Positions 11,616 to 24,651 of a DNA stretch of 64,000 nucleotides are shown here, in pieces. The position numbers and the translations under genes are program-made. Under the pieces are notes generated by a model. It searched no databases, was not told where the DNA came from, and saw only the letters and a program-made list of their open reading frames with translations. The DNA lies in assembly GCF_001194135.2 (NCBI RefSeq), contig NC_068981.1, positions 125,332,422 to 125,396,421 of the forward strand. Reading direction: 5' to 3'. Source of the stretch: Octopus bimaculoides (Eukaryota). Numbering within the stretch: position 1 is the first letter of the stretch; every line of letters begins with the position of its first letter.

Positions 11616-12099
11616 TTAACACTTTTGGTACCATATTTCTGATAGAATACGCTACCTTGTTTCAATGAATTTTGAAAAGAATGAAGAATTTACTGAAGTA
11701 ACTTTATCGTTATGAAAATGGTGTTCAGAACACAAATTAACATGAAATTTTGATGGCACTTTTTAATTTAGATCACTTTAAAACAAAAAGTTTGAATCAT
11801 AGACACTGCAATCTTAAGCAGGTTGGAATCAAAAGGATTAATCAAAAGGATTAATCAGTTTGATATGAACTTCCCTTGAAATTTTGTCAAGATCTATGAT
11901 ACAAAACTTCTCATTTTAAAATGTTCACACTTAGATTAAAAACTTCCATTATAAATTTGTATAAGATCCTTATGTTCTAATACCCGCTTAATAACATAAA
12001 TTAGTTTTGTTTACTAAGTTCCTTCAACTCTTTTGATTATTTTCAAAATTAATTGCAATGCAGTGTATTTTATAAGAAATATGGTTATGAAAGGGTTAA
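11616..12099. mobile_element. Two TTAA-flanked MITEs (piggyBac-type termini) in inverted, tail-to-tail arrangement
   Basis: TTAA at 11616, 11838/11851 and 12096. Termini ttaacacttttggtacc / ...gaaagggttaa. The second copy reverse-complements to ttaaccctttcataaccatatttc. Same family starts at 63934. Confidence 0.6.
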
Positions 12100-12553
12100 T
12101 CTTAGTTCAGAAAAAAAGGTAAAAATATAAAAACACCATCTTTATCAACAACATGGGTTGAACAAATTTTCAACAGTATATCTGCTATTTGTCTTTTTCT
12201 CAAACTTTTTTCTTATATTTCTGCAATCCACATCTGACACCCTCAGGAATCAACTTTTTCTCCCCAGCATACATCATCATTTGACATTAAATATCAATAG
12301 AAGTGCATTCATCTTTGTCATGCACATCAACAATATGCTTCTTAGCCTAGCTACACTCTAAATTCATTTGAAATTTAACTCTAGACATAAAATGGCATTT
12401 CACATTTCAAACTTAGCTACAGTAGACCTTCTACATTTATCACCTACATTTCATTACGATAAAATAGTTCATTTGTTGACATATATCTTATACAGTCTTC
12501 CTTTTCTATGGAAAAAGAAATTTTAAAAATACAATGTTTTTACTAAAATGAAA

Positions 12554-12783
12554 TTAACTCTTTAGCATTTAAACCAGCTGTATCCAAGTCAAATATTCTA
12601 CATGTTTTATGTTCAAACTGGGCAAATCTGGCCTCTCACACTTACCCTACAATGTTATTCAAAAAATAAATAATCACATCATCATCTTGAAGCTTTGAGA
12701 TAATGCATGATTGACTGAAAATAATATAATGTGAATGAATAAGCATCACATTTGACAGAATAATCTGAATACTAAAGGGTTAA
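12554..12783. mobile_element. TTAA-flanked MITE (TTAACCCTTTAGCA-type termini)
   Basis: ttaactctttagcattt ... aatactaaagggttaa. Inverted copy at 26812-27044; partial copy at ~40500-40620. Confidence 0.7.
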
Positions 12784-13346
12784 ATAGCAAAAGTTATTAC
12801 TATTAATAACATCAACAAAATTGAGGGTAGTGATTTGGTAGAATTGTTAGAGAGTCAGACGAAAATGCTTTGCAGTATTTCTGCCAGCTCTTTATATTCT
12901 GAGTTCAAATCTCACCATCAACTTTGCCTTTCATTTTTGTCATGCTGATAATACAAAGTACTGGGATTGATATAATCAACTGCTCCTCTACCCCAAAATT
13001 TGAAACATTGTACTTATACTAGAAACTATTAGTAGAAGTATCAGAAAAAGTAGTAATTAAGCTAATCATATTCTGAACTAACCAGCTATATACTAATTAC
13101 AAGTGCTCCTAATTCCACCACTTCTACTCCTCTTATCATTCATACTGTCTCTCACATGAAATCTCTAATCCTTCTTCCTCACAACTGTAACTTTCCAGAA
13201 CTCCATATCTTCCTTAATTTTCCAATAGACAAAACAGACAGAACTCCAGACTGAACATCAACTACATTATTTTCTCCAGCCTGAAAGAAAGACCAAAAAT
13301 TATGGACATTGACTTCCTTATCCTAGTAAATTATCTTTAAGAGAAC

Positions 13347-13396
<50 letters not shown>

Positions 13397-13416
13397 CAGC
13401 AGCAGCAGCAGCAGCA
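13347..13416. repeat. (TAG)n-(CAG)n compound trinucleotide repeat
   Basis: Direct reading. Confidence 0.95.
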
Positions 13417-14189
13417 ATGCCATAACTCCATAAACATTGTCCCTTTAAAGGATTTTGGTTTAAAGTTCATCATCATCATTATCATCATTAACAGTGATTA
13501 TAATAGTCTTAGTACTGGCTTTGATGATGGTAATAATGATAATGGAGGTAGCAGGAATTGATTATGATGATGATGGTAACCCTAATAGCAGAAGTCAAAT
13601 ATCCTCATAAAACTGCAATTTAGTTGGCAGCATTAAATGGTCAAAAACTAAATCTCATGGGACCAGAGCTTATTTTATATTTCCCTTGGATAAGTTCTGC
13701 AACCAGATGGGTTAGAGGAGGATACAGTAAAGACTGTCTTCATGCTATGTGTATCTGGAAGTATAGTAGATAAGTGTCTATCTGTCTCTTGCTCACTGAC
13801 TTTTCATCAATAGAAAGGCCTACACTCAGTGCAACCTTAAGCTAATAAAATTGGCCACTTTTACAGTGCTGCTGCTGATAATGATGATTACATCAGGGAA
13901 CTAACTCTATCATGCCGTTACTTGTCCTCATCTAGGTTGATTGAGTCACTGGGTACTAAGTAACTAGGTTATGGATGCAGTGCATCAATCTTAACAAAAA
14001 CTGAACAAGCAACTCTTCAGCAAGTACTCTGACACCCTGTCAATGTAACCATTTGCACTTGGTGGCATTAAAAATACAACACTTATTCAAAACATTCAGG
14101 TAACAGGTTTTTGATTAATAACTTTACATTATTTCCACATTAATATCTTCATCATTCTTTTAATACTATATTATTTTGAGCAATCGAGT

Positions 14190-14866
14190 CTCTTATTGTA
14201 TCTAGCTGTCTTATTTTATACATTGGTACATGGAAGTGAGACATGGGCTGTGACTTTGGAGGACAAGCAAAGGTTTCAAAGAAATTAAGCCAGTATGCTC
14301 TGTTGGATGGGTAATATCAATGTGCATATACAACGGAGTGTAAGTGATATGAAAGGAAAACAGGGTATATGAGGCACCAGATGTAAGGTGCAAGAGAGAA
14401 GACTGCATTGGTATGTTCACATAATGCATATGAATGAAGACAGTTGCATCAAGAAGTGTTGATCTCTAATTGTGGAGGGAACATGTGGAAAGGGTAGATC
14501 CAGGAAGACATGAGATGAAGTGGGCCTCACACAGGGGATGTCAAGAGAACAAGATTTCTGGTGGTTTGCTGTGCTTGAGAAGACATGTCAAGCTAAGCAG
14601 AAGTGTGGTCATCCTTGCATACTCCTGCATCCCACTTCAGCTAATCGATCCTAATCTTGCAGGCTCGTGGGTGCTGCATGAAGGCATCCAGTACACTCTA
14701 GAAAGAGGTTGGCATAAGAAAGAGCATCTAGTCATAGAAACCGTGCCAAGACAGACATGGAGTCCAGGTAGCTCTTCAGCTGATCAGTTCTGTTAAACTA
14801 TCCAACCCATACCAGCAAGGAAAACAGACATTAAATGATGATGGTTATGATGATGATGATGATGAT
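14190..14866 (+). mobile_element. RTE-clade LINE 3' fragment (RT C-terminus, 3' UTR, (GAT)n tail)
   Basis: Translates LVHGSETWAVTLED...ASMLCWM...QERRLHWYVHIMHMNEDSCIKKC*SLIVEGTCGKGRSRKT*, the typical RTE HGSETW / RRLRWxGH / GRGRPRKTW pattern. Confidence 0.85.
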
Positions 14867-16751
14867 ATTCATTCCTAGGTAGAAATATTTATATATATTT
14901 AGGCATCCCGTTTTTTTTAATAGATACATTATACCCCAGTATGTTATAAAAAGTGACTAAAAAGGGTGACATCAGAAAAGACATCTGGCTTTAAAACACT
15001 GCCTCAAAAAGTATCATTCAAACCATGAAAAAATGAAAACAAAATGAGACATAAACATAAAAATAATACCTAATGTAGAAAGCAAAAATATAAAAGTTCA
15101 TCAGTCCTATAGACCAATGGAAACTACAAACCAACATAAACTAAACAACTTCAAGGTAAATTTTTAAAAGAATACAGCAGTGGTTTTCTAGGCAACTCTT
15201 AGACTATATTGTAACTAAAAGTTAAAGTACATGGATGACTGAATTTTGATAAATTTCATAACTGACCAGAAGATAGCATTCAAGCCATGACCACGTTATC
15301 TTTTAGTGTATGCAAGTCTTGTCTTTCCTTTTTAAGGCAGTGGCTTAAAATTTGAAAAACATTTGGTTATTTCTAACAGGTCAAGTTACTGTATAGAAGA
15401 TTCCTCGTTGGCTCGCTGCTTTTGTTATTGCTGATGGTGGTGTTAGGTCAGTGCTCTGATCTAACACACTTAAAAGGATAAACTGGTTAGCTTTGACAAA
15501 GTTTTCAGTGTCAATCTGAAAATAGAGATTGAAAGCACTGATCCCCCCAGAAATAATAATAATAGACAGAACATCAACCCCAGAACTATTAGTGAATCGA
15601 ATATTAGTCTCAAAAACGTTGGTGAATATTAAACAGAACCATCATCATCATCACCATATAAAATCATTGCCAGCTTTCTAAGGATAAGTCTCTCATCTTT
15701 TAGTTGTTTCAATCTTTGGATTGCACCACCTTGAAGGGCTTAGTGAAACAGAAAAACTGAAATACTTAATTTTTAAGACCTCATATACAGAGACCAAAAC
15801 TTTCATCATAGGACATTAAACAATGATGATGATGATGATAATGATACTTATTCTATTAGTATCTTTTGTAGAAAAGAATTCCTAACAATAAATATTTGAA
15901 AGTTTTAGTCTCTGTATATGATATTGTCATGATTTGTAAGAAAGACTATTTGGCACCTGTTGTATGGTATTTTACATCATAGCTAACTTACTTGGATTAG
16001 TAAGTGTTCAATAACATAACAAAAGTAGATAAGTACCCGCTTTTATTTCAGTATAAACAATGCAAAAAGGCATTCACATTTAGATGGGGGAAAAAAAAAA
16101 AAGAAAATCTGCATTAATCATTGATGAAAAAAGCAATTCTTTTGGCAGGAGATTGTATTAAACTATAACTGAACATTGACATGTATTTTCAATTGGTATA
16201 AAAATTTGAACAATGAACAATGATGAGTTACAAATGCAGTTTTATGTGATGAAAAAAAAAAAAAATCAATGACATCTTATGTAAAAGGTATGAAACTATA
16301 CTTTCTAGAGCATTGATAACTAAATTGTCAATAACTATTTATTTATTTCAAATAACTTTGTAACAATAGTCACCCAATAAGTCTACTTACTAATTCATCA
16401 TCTTTATCATCCTCATGACTTCAGCTCTACGTCAGTGGTTTTCAGTCTTTTGTACATAGCTCATTGCACCTACTTCCTTCACAGAATGATGTTTTACAAA
16501 TGTTCATTCTAAAGTTTTGCAGGAAAGAAAATTATTTCAATTTATGTAGAGGTTTATTATTCTTATTTTCTAATAGCCTCTTTTAGATATTTGCATGAAC
16601 TAGTGCCTCCTATGTTATATTTTAATGAAAATTATTGAAGCAGACAAAGAATTATATAAAATTATATTAGACTTAGGTGCATCATCAATCATATTTCTGC
16701 TCACTAATAACACAATATTTTATTCATATTTTATTTCTAAGAAAATTCTCA

Positions 16752-17118
16752 TAGGTGTAGACATGGGTGTGTGGTTAAGAAGCTTGATTTGAAACCATGT
16801 GGCTTTGAGTTCAGTCTCACTGCATGCCTTCTTAAATAAGTGTCTTCCACTATAGCCACTGGCCAACCAATACCTTGTGAGTGAATTTGGTAGGCAGAAG
16901 GTGTGTGGAATTTGCTTGAATGTATGTGTGTTTGTGTTCCCAACACTGGTGTTGGTTTGTTTATGTCGCAGTAACTTAGTGGTTCAACAAAAGAGAATGA
17001 TAGTATAAGTATCAAACATAAAAAATGAGTACTGAGGACAATTTGTTCAACTAAGCCCTTCAAGGCAGTGCCTCAGCATAGCCACACTTCAGTGACTGAA
17101 ACAAGTAAAGAGTAAAAG
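16752..17118 (+). mobile_element. SINE family A
   Basis: Head and tail match the copy at 40631-41333. Confidence 0.8.
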
Positions 17119-18169
17119 TGACCCCTCTAAACATAGTATCCCCTTGTGAGCTCACAATGCTCCAAAGTGATGCTACTTCATATTAAGAACTGCTCTATGT
17201 TAATATACATGTAGATTTTTCTAAATCTTGACAAGCAGTTTAAACCTCACAACATTATTTACCTCCATTTTCACAAAAATACTATACCTAAATCCTCTAA
17301 TTTAAAAAGAATATACTTAGTCGTTGTTCCAAATTTTCTCCTGAATATGTTTATTGATTTCAACAAAAAAACTTCTATATAACTGTTTGACATGATCAAT
17401 ATGATAGCCAAAATCACTCAACTTTTTTGATAGAAACCTTTTGTTTAAGAAGTTTGTATTTAACCTCTTTGTTCCAAACACCAACTTTATTATGATAAAG
17501 TTAGTTATTTTACTAAATTCCGACAAGCTTACCTATTTGTTATTGTTTCCATGATGTAAAGACAATAACACAGATAATTCTTTATCATTCATTCATACAT
17601 ACGGATGGACATGCATGCATACATACATACATAAGGACATGCATACATGCATATATACATACATTTCTCCTTTTTAACGATGGTGACATGATATAAAAAA
17701 AATCTTCATTCAAGCATCATTCAGTTTTATACTGAAAGAGTTGTTAATGTTTTGACATATTTGATTTAAAAGTCCTCTTAAAGAATTTCGTTTCAGAATG
17801 ACTTCAGAATAGTGCACACAATGTGGACAGATCATATATATGTTTCATTTAGCTCTTTTTAAAAATAAATAAAAAAAAACATGCTATGTAATCTATAAAG
17901 AGAAGATCATTACTATATAAGAAGCTAAGTAACACTTGCAAACACTACACTAGTGGAATTGCTCCTTATTATGGAAACGGAAATTTTCTTTTGGAATTAA
18001 TTATTCTTCTGTGTCTTTATGATTGCCCTGGCTATTTTAACTGCAAGTTCAAAATATTGTTAGTGTTAAGAGGAAAAGTTAACTCAGGTTGACTTCAGAG
18101 CACCAACTGAAAAAGATAATTATGAGTCAGGCTGTTATGATAATTGCTTTACTAGATTCTGTTTTCATA

Positions 18170-18390
18170 AGGTGGCAAACTAGCAAAATTGTTAGCATGT
18201 AGGACAAAATGCTTAGCAGCATTTCTTCCAACTCATGACACATTGAGTTCAAATACAGCTGAGGTCAGCTGTGCTTTCATCCTTTCGGGGTCAATAAAAT
18301 AAATATCAGTTCAACACTGGGGTCAAAGTAATCAACTTACCTTCTCCCCTAAAATTGCTGGCCTTGTGCCAAAACTTGAAACCATTAACT
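18170..18390 (+). mobile_element. SINE family B
   Basis: ggtggcaaactagcaaaattgttagc...aaatgcttagc...gagttcaaat...ctttcatcctttcggggtcaataaaat...ggccttgtgcc. Confidence 0.75.
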
Positions 18391-18439
18391 TCTGCTTTCA
18401 TCAACACTGATGAATCAAAGATGGTTGTTATCTACTGGC

Positions 18440-18670
18440 CATAAATGATGAGGGTCCCAGTTGATCCAATCAAGGGAACAGCCTGCATGTTAAATTAATA
18501 TGCAAGTAGCTGAGCACTCCACAGACACACATAGCCTTAATGTGGTTCTCAAGGAGAATCAGCATGATACAATGTGATAAGGCTGGCCCTTTCAAATACA
18601 TGTACTACTCATTTCTGCTAGCTGAGTGGACTCGAGCAATGTGAAATAAAGTACTTGGCCCAAGGACACA
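18440..18670 (-). mobile_element. 3' part of the tRNA-Arg-like SINE family seen at 36258 and 39467
   Basis: agggtcccagttgatcc...gctgagcactccacagacac...aaggctggccctt matches 36288-36430. Confidence 0.75.
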
Positions 18671-19324
18671 ATACACCACCAAAAAATAAATTAGATAATA
18701 ATAAATTTACATAATAACATACAACGCAATGGGGTCTTTTCGTCCCTTTAAACTATTTAAGCTTTCTCCATACCCTACTATGAAGGGTATGGAGCCCTCA
18801 ATGCAGGGTGACCCTACCTGCCAGCAATCCTGCATGAAAAGGCTCCCTTTCAATATACAAACATATCTTGACTGATAAAAAAAAATGTAATGGATTCTTT
18901 TTTATGATAAATAACTATACATTTCTCCATGTTACCAATTTATTCAATTAAAAAACAGTTTGTTACCCAGTCCCAAAAGCAGCCACAATTCCCTTGCTTT
19001 TGAGACAATAACAGAGAAAAGGAAAACAACATGTGTGTGTGTGGGGGGGGGGAATGTATATAAAGATAGAGATAGAGAGACTGAAAGAAAGAAGTTATTG
19101 TTTTTAGCTCAAATTCCTTCTTTAAATGCATGAGTGAGCAATGACCTTAGTTTGACCACTTGCAAGTAAAAGATGTGCAAGTGCACGCATATACACAGAC
19201 ACACACACACACACACATGCATGCTCACACATTTATTGTCAGTTCTAAATGTCATTATTCCAGTAAGGCACTGGAAACTTTGAAAATGAGTAAGGAAGAT
19301 GTTCCAAAATTTAAATTTTTAATT

Positions 19325-20393
19325 TACCATAAAAATCCATGTAATCTACGCACTTTTTTCACAAAAATAAAAATAAATTCTTGGAGTGCATAAATTACAC
19401 GAGTAGATCATTTCCAGAATTTTTTTTTTTGTTAAATCTTTTCTTTTTTGTTGTAAAAAGAAGTACAAAGCGTAAAAATTCATACTGGAAATTGACTCAG
19501 TTAATGTCAGAATAGGTTTTTACAGAAAAAATAATAACTTAAATACACATAATGAAGTTGACTTTTATTTATGCTGGACGGTATAATGCTTACGTTTTCT
19601 GTATAAATTTACTAAAACTATTAAACTTGTTTTTGAAGTCTGACATTTATGCAGGTAAACACAGTCTGGGCTATATTTTACATTGCTTGGAGTTTCTACC
19701 TATTGCAATGAAACACATATTTAATTTCTCCTTCGCAGTAAATGATTCATAAGTTCTTCTCATACTGACAATAACGGTAATGACAAATTTTTAAGTTTGC
19801 TTGACATTTTATAAGTGTGAAAGGGATAAAAATTTCAATACTCTGTATGAAAGGTTCTGGTAAGAATAAGCAGAAAAGAATTCTGTTTACATAATCAGTC
19901 TGATTGATCACCTCCCTCTGTCAGTTGAGTAAAGTGTCATCCAAGCTGATGTTTATTGGTAATTAAACTTAATTTGCAATACCTGTGCGTATTTATCAGC
20001 TCTGTTTTATTTTTGGTAATTCTTAACAACAACTTTTCCTGTGATTGTGATTTGAGAAGACATACAGCAGTATGCTAAAGATCAGACATAATCTCTTGTG
20101 GGCAAGAAATGTAAAGTAAAATTTATGATAAACAACACAAACACTTTGTAATTTAATAGCTTTCAATGTGATACCTGTTAAACAGAAATTATTTTCATAC
20201 AATGACAATTTAATAAAATCTAATCATAAGTAAGTGAAATTATGCTAAATACAATTAAATTGAAAACCTTTTTCCCCTGGTTATATCAGCAATTTTGAAA
20301 ACTTTTAGGTGTGAATTTTACATGAGTAGAAGCTTTTTTTAACAAATTTTATTCTGAAAATCACCTGCATAAATTACATGGGTTTTTACAGTA
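19325..20393. mobile_element. Non-autonomous TA-flanked Tc1/mariner/pogo-type DNA element
   Basis: Imperfect ~28-bp TIRs TA-CCATAAAAATCCATGTAATCTACGCA (19325) and TGCATAAATTACATGGGTTTTTACAG-TA (to 20393). Internal echoes of 'taaattacacgagta' at ~19390 and ~20315. Confidence 0.65.
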
Positions 20394-20534
20394 GTTTGAA
20401 TTAGAATTATTGCATATATGTTCAAATGTTTTTCATTAAATCAAACCTTTTACCTTTGTTTTTTTACTCTCTACATTTTTTGTCATTTTGTCAAACACTT
20501 GATATTACTATAAGGGAGTGAGGCAAAATTAGTA

Positions 20535-21165
20535 ACTGGGGCAAAATGAGTTATTTCCAACTTATTTTCTCCTTACTTGTTTGAAACTATTACATTGCAA
20601 GTATTGCTTCACCATTTTGTACTGTTGCATTATCTTTGGCAGTAAAAGTTGGTCAGCATAGTTGTTGAAGTTGAGAGAATTTGAAACATAGTCAGGCAAC
20701 AAGTACTTTTTGCAAGAAATTTTTTTCTCAACTTTGACCCGATTGTAACTGAAGTTGCTAATAAAATATCTGGATAATTTTTGTTGTTTAGCAATCAATA
20801 TTCCTTTCTCTGTAGGAATCCAAGTCAATTTTCTTCCCACACTAATTTCTAATTTGATCATTTACAATTTCCAAAAAGTGATATCCAAATTGGAGTAAAA
20901 TGAGTAATGACTAATTTCAATAATTTCTTCTCTTTAACTGCTTGGTGCATAAATATAATCAGGAAGAGAGCCAATTCGCAAGATCATGAAGAAACTATAG
21001 AGAATATTTTATGCTTAGTTTTTAGATTTAGATGAGTTTCGATTTTTGCATGATCTTCTTTCATTTGACCATGATATTTTAAATTTTTATTGATTTTCTA
21101 ATCTTTCTGATATCTAAGGATGGAAAAGGCAAATTTACCTCACCTAGTCTTACTCATTTTGCCAC
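20535..21165. mobile_element. Possible DNA-transposon remnant with GGGGCAAAATGAGT inverted motifs
   Basis: ggggcaaaatgagt (~20538) and actcattttgccac (~21152) are inverted; a related ggagtaaaatgagt lies at ~20892. Confidence 0.35.
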
Positions 21166-21934
21166 ATCTAAAGTGAACATAGATAATTCTCTGAAATAGT
21201 GTTCTGAATTGTTATACTGTTTTTAATGCATTTAGAGAAGGTCATTTGCTTAGCTGATATAGTTTTTCTAAGGTAGTGAACATTTGGAAAAAAAATTTTT
21301 TTTCTCATAGTCAAAAATGCAGTAAATATTACTCATTGTGCCCCTACTGGAAAAGTGGACTTTCAGAACAGCTGTCCCATATAAGTTGGAATTACCCTGT
21401 TTTTGTCAGGATTTTTCCCTTTTCTTTTTTCATGCATTGCAAAACAATGAAGGGAAAGCTTTTAAAACAAGAATTTTAAAAACTCATGTCTTTAAAATGT
21501 TTGTCCTTCCACCCACACATACTCTGATAATGCCTTTGGAACAGCAGCAACCACTAAAATATTTCTTTCATTCCTGTAATTTTTCTGTCATTTTATTGCA
21601 TTCTCCATTCTGCAACATTTGTAATTCACATTGAAGAAAAACAAATCTTCCGCCTTCGTTGTGCTTTTCACAATGAACAAAAAGTTAAACACTGCAAGTG
21701 GATGTGTGAAAAACGAAATTAGAATTTTGAAAAGTGTATCTATCAAACGACATTTTCAGTCTTTTATTTAAACTTCCTCTGCTAATTCATGAAATTCAAT
21801 TACATGCAATAGATGGATTTTGAGATCTAAATTTAGTAATTTTCCAAGATTTCAATTCTTGTCTATATGGGACTCCAAAATTTGAAGTCCTTCAGGTCCC
21901 ATGTTTTAAATCTGGTCCTGCATACACACATATA

Positions 21935-22092
21935 TGGGCTTCAATACAGTTTCTGTCAACCAAATTCACTCACAAAGCATTGGTTGACTTGGCGCTTATA
22001 GTAAAAGATACTTTCCCAAGGCACTGCACAGTGGGACTGAACCTGGAAACATGTGAATACAAAGCAAGCTTCTTAACCATACTTCCATGCCT
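21935..22092 (-). mobile_element. SINE family A head, minus strand
   Basis: gggcttcaatacagtttctgtc...aaattcactcacaaagc...cagtgggactgaacc...cttcttaaccat. Confidence 0.75.
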
Positions 22093-23899
22093 ACCTACTT
22101 ATCCTTGTCTTCATTCTGCAAGGGACTAAAAATGTTGTAAACACTGCTTCTTTGCAAAATATTATGAACTAAAAACATCTACAGGTGCCTGTACATATAT
22201 ACACATCCACACATGCATGCATGCACACACACACACACATATGAACATAGATAGAAATAAGAAGAGGGAGAGAAATACAGACACATAATAAGTTGCTACA
22301 GTCTATGACACATTTAATGGGAGCCTGAACAGTGCTTTGAGGTAGCATATTGATTTAAGTTATAGATATACCATAATCTATTGTAACTACTAAACACACT
22401 ATAAGTATGACTGAATATGTTGACATAATTCCGTATGCTATTTGTATAGTCAATAATAAATCTATTTCAAGTAAGTTACAATTGCTGTAATTCCAATGGA
22501 AACAAAATTTTATCACCAACACCAATATCAGCTATCAGTGGACCGTTAAAACTATATACCATTTTAATACCTATAAACCATCCCTGCTCTTTATTCACAA
22601 AATGTTTATTGTTTCCAGGTACATACTGTATTGGTCATCAGTTTACTTCCCGAACAAGCTTACTGGTTGCACATCAACATTTTCTATTAAATCACAAACA
22701 ATATTGTGAATGTTGTTTTGCATAAAGAAACTATGAATCTAATTGATACTAAATAGTCCTGTTCAAGCAGCCAGCATATAAAAGTAGCTTTGTTTTCTAT
22801 AAACTAATATAAAATTTTAGAGGATACAGGAAGAGGACATCTGGGAAGGTATAGACTACCAAAATTATAAAGCTAAGCAAATATATGTTAATGAAAATAA
22901 GAGACAGTATATTTGTGGAAAGTGTGTAAATATATTATCAGGCATGTGTTTAATATACCTACATTTAGTCTCACTGTACAAATAAACTCTTTGTAAAATC
23001 CACAAGACTCTCTCCTTCTTTCAATCTCCCTCTCTCTTGGATGAAGAAACACTTTTGGAAACCTGATAATGACTAGCAGGGTAAAAATAGTCTTCCAGAA
23101 TGTAATTCTCCATATATATTACAGCAAGTAATGGAAAAAATATATAAAAGAACAGGATATGGATAAACCCATTACATCAACCAACTTTTTAATTCAGAGT
23201 CATCATAATTTCAGTACTGCAAAAATTTGATATTGCTCATTTGAAAAGAGCCAAATAAAAACAAAACAAAATGAAGTCAAGTCTTAAGAAAGATGCACAT
23301 TATGGAGACATAAGACTGATACTTTCACCCCTACTTGCTTCTCTCACTGTGGTTAACACTATCCTTTGCTTGCTCTATCTTGCATTCCTCCTCTCCCTTT
23401 TACATCACCTGCTCATGCCGTCTGATCTTTCCCTCTCCATTCTATTGTGTGTTTGTCTCACAACCTTCACACTCATCACATTTGTCCAACATTCCTCTGT
23501 TCAGTTGTGTTTGTTTATCACAAAAGTACTTTTCTAATTTCTCTCCATGCTAACATCTTCCCTCCTTGTTTCTGTCTCAAATTGAAATACAGCTTCTTTG
23601 TTAATAATACTCTGTATCTGGGTTGTTCATGTTTTTTGCACCATTCTTATCTCTCTGCCCAGTGTGTTTTCAGTCATAAGACTTCATTTTGTTTCATTTT
23701 ATATCCTGGCACTTTCCAGATGAGTGATTCCCTTTTCCAGTGCCAGAATCATAATGACTTTGGAAGAAAAGATGGCTGACAAAATGGTTAACCAAGTTTA
23801 TTTTTTGTCCTTTATGTTGTCATATACACACTTCACCATTATTTTGACCTTCATTTCTAGTGTACACAGTCATAATTTTAATCTGTTCCTATATATGCA

Positions 23900-24084
23900 T
23901 ATACATAATTTTTCATATATATATATAGCTATGTATATATGCATATATATATATATTTACACACACACACATGTGTGCATGCATATACACACATATAAAT
24001 ATACATACATATGTATGCATGCATATACATATATATACACACACACATATATACATATTTATGTATGCATGCATAGACATACAT

Positions 24085-24118
<34 letters not shown>

Positions 24119-24471
24119 GTATATGTTGGTGTGTCTAAGTTTGTTCTCCCACCATCGCTTGACAACCGATATTGGTGTGTTTATGTCCCCGTAACCTAGA
24201 GGTTCAGCAAGAGATCAATACAATGGGTACTAAACTTACAAAGAATAAGTCCTGGGGTCGATTTCTTCAACTAAAAGCAGTGTTCCAGCATGGCCACAGT
24301 CAAATGATTGAAACGAGCAAAAGAATAAAAGAATAAATGAATGCATACATATATATGTATGCATGCATATACATATACACACACACATATATATATATGC
24401 ATGCATATATATATATATATGTATATGTTGGTGTGTCTAAGTTTGTTCTCCCACCATCGCTNNNNNNNNNN

Positions 24472-24504
<33 letters not shown>

Positions 24505-24560
24505 CATACACATAAATATACACATATATTTACATACATACATACAGAGTGCGATGGGTA
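23900..24560. repeat. Compound (TA)/(CA)/(TATG) microsatellite field containing a SINE-A tail and an N gap (24462-24471)
   Basis: Direct reading; SINE-A tail at ~24125-24335. Confidence 0.85.
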
Positions 24561-24651
24561 AATTGTCACCATTTTATATTATTAATTTTGCATATGCTCA
24601 TTGTTTGTTTTTGATTTTGTATATGATTGCAAGTGTGTGTGCATATATGAA

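Noticed and set aside
16380-16520. Possible minus-strand terminal exon (MNICKTSFCEGSRCNELCTKD* or YKRLKTTDVELKS*)
   Set aside because: Short, no recognisable family, weak splice context.
17317-17526. 69-aa minus ORF with FGYHIDHV, faintly PLE thumb-like
   Set aside because: ORFs of this length are expected by chance in 64 kb; no supporting motifs nearby.
22610-22645. Minus-strand CTGATGA...GAAA
   Set aside because: The intervening sequence does not form stem II and there is no stem I or III.
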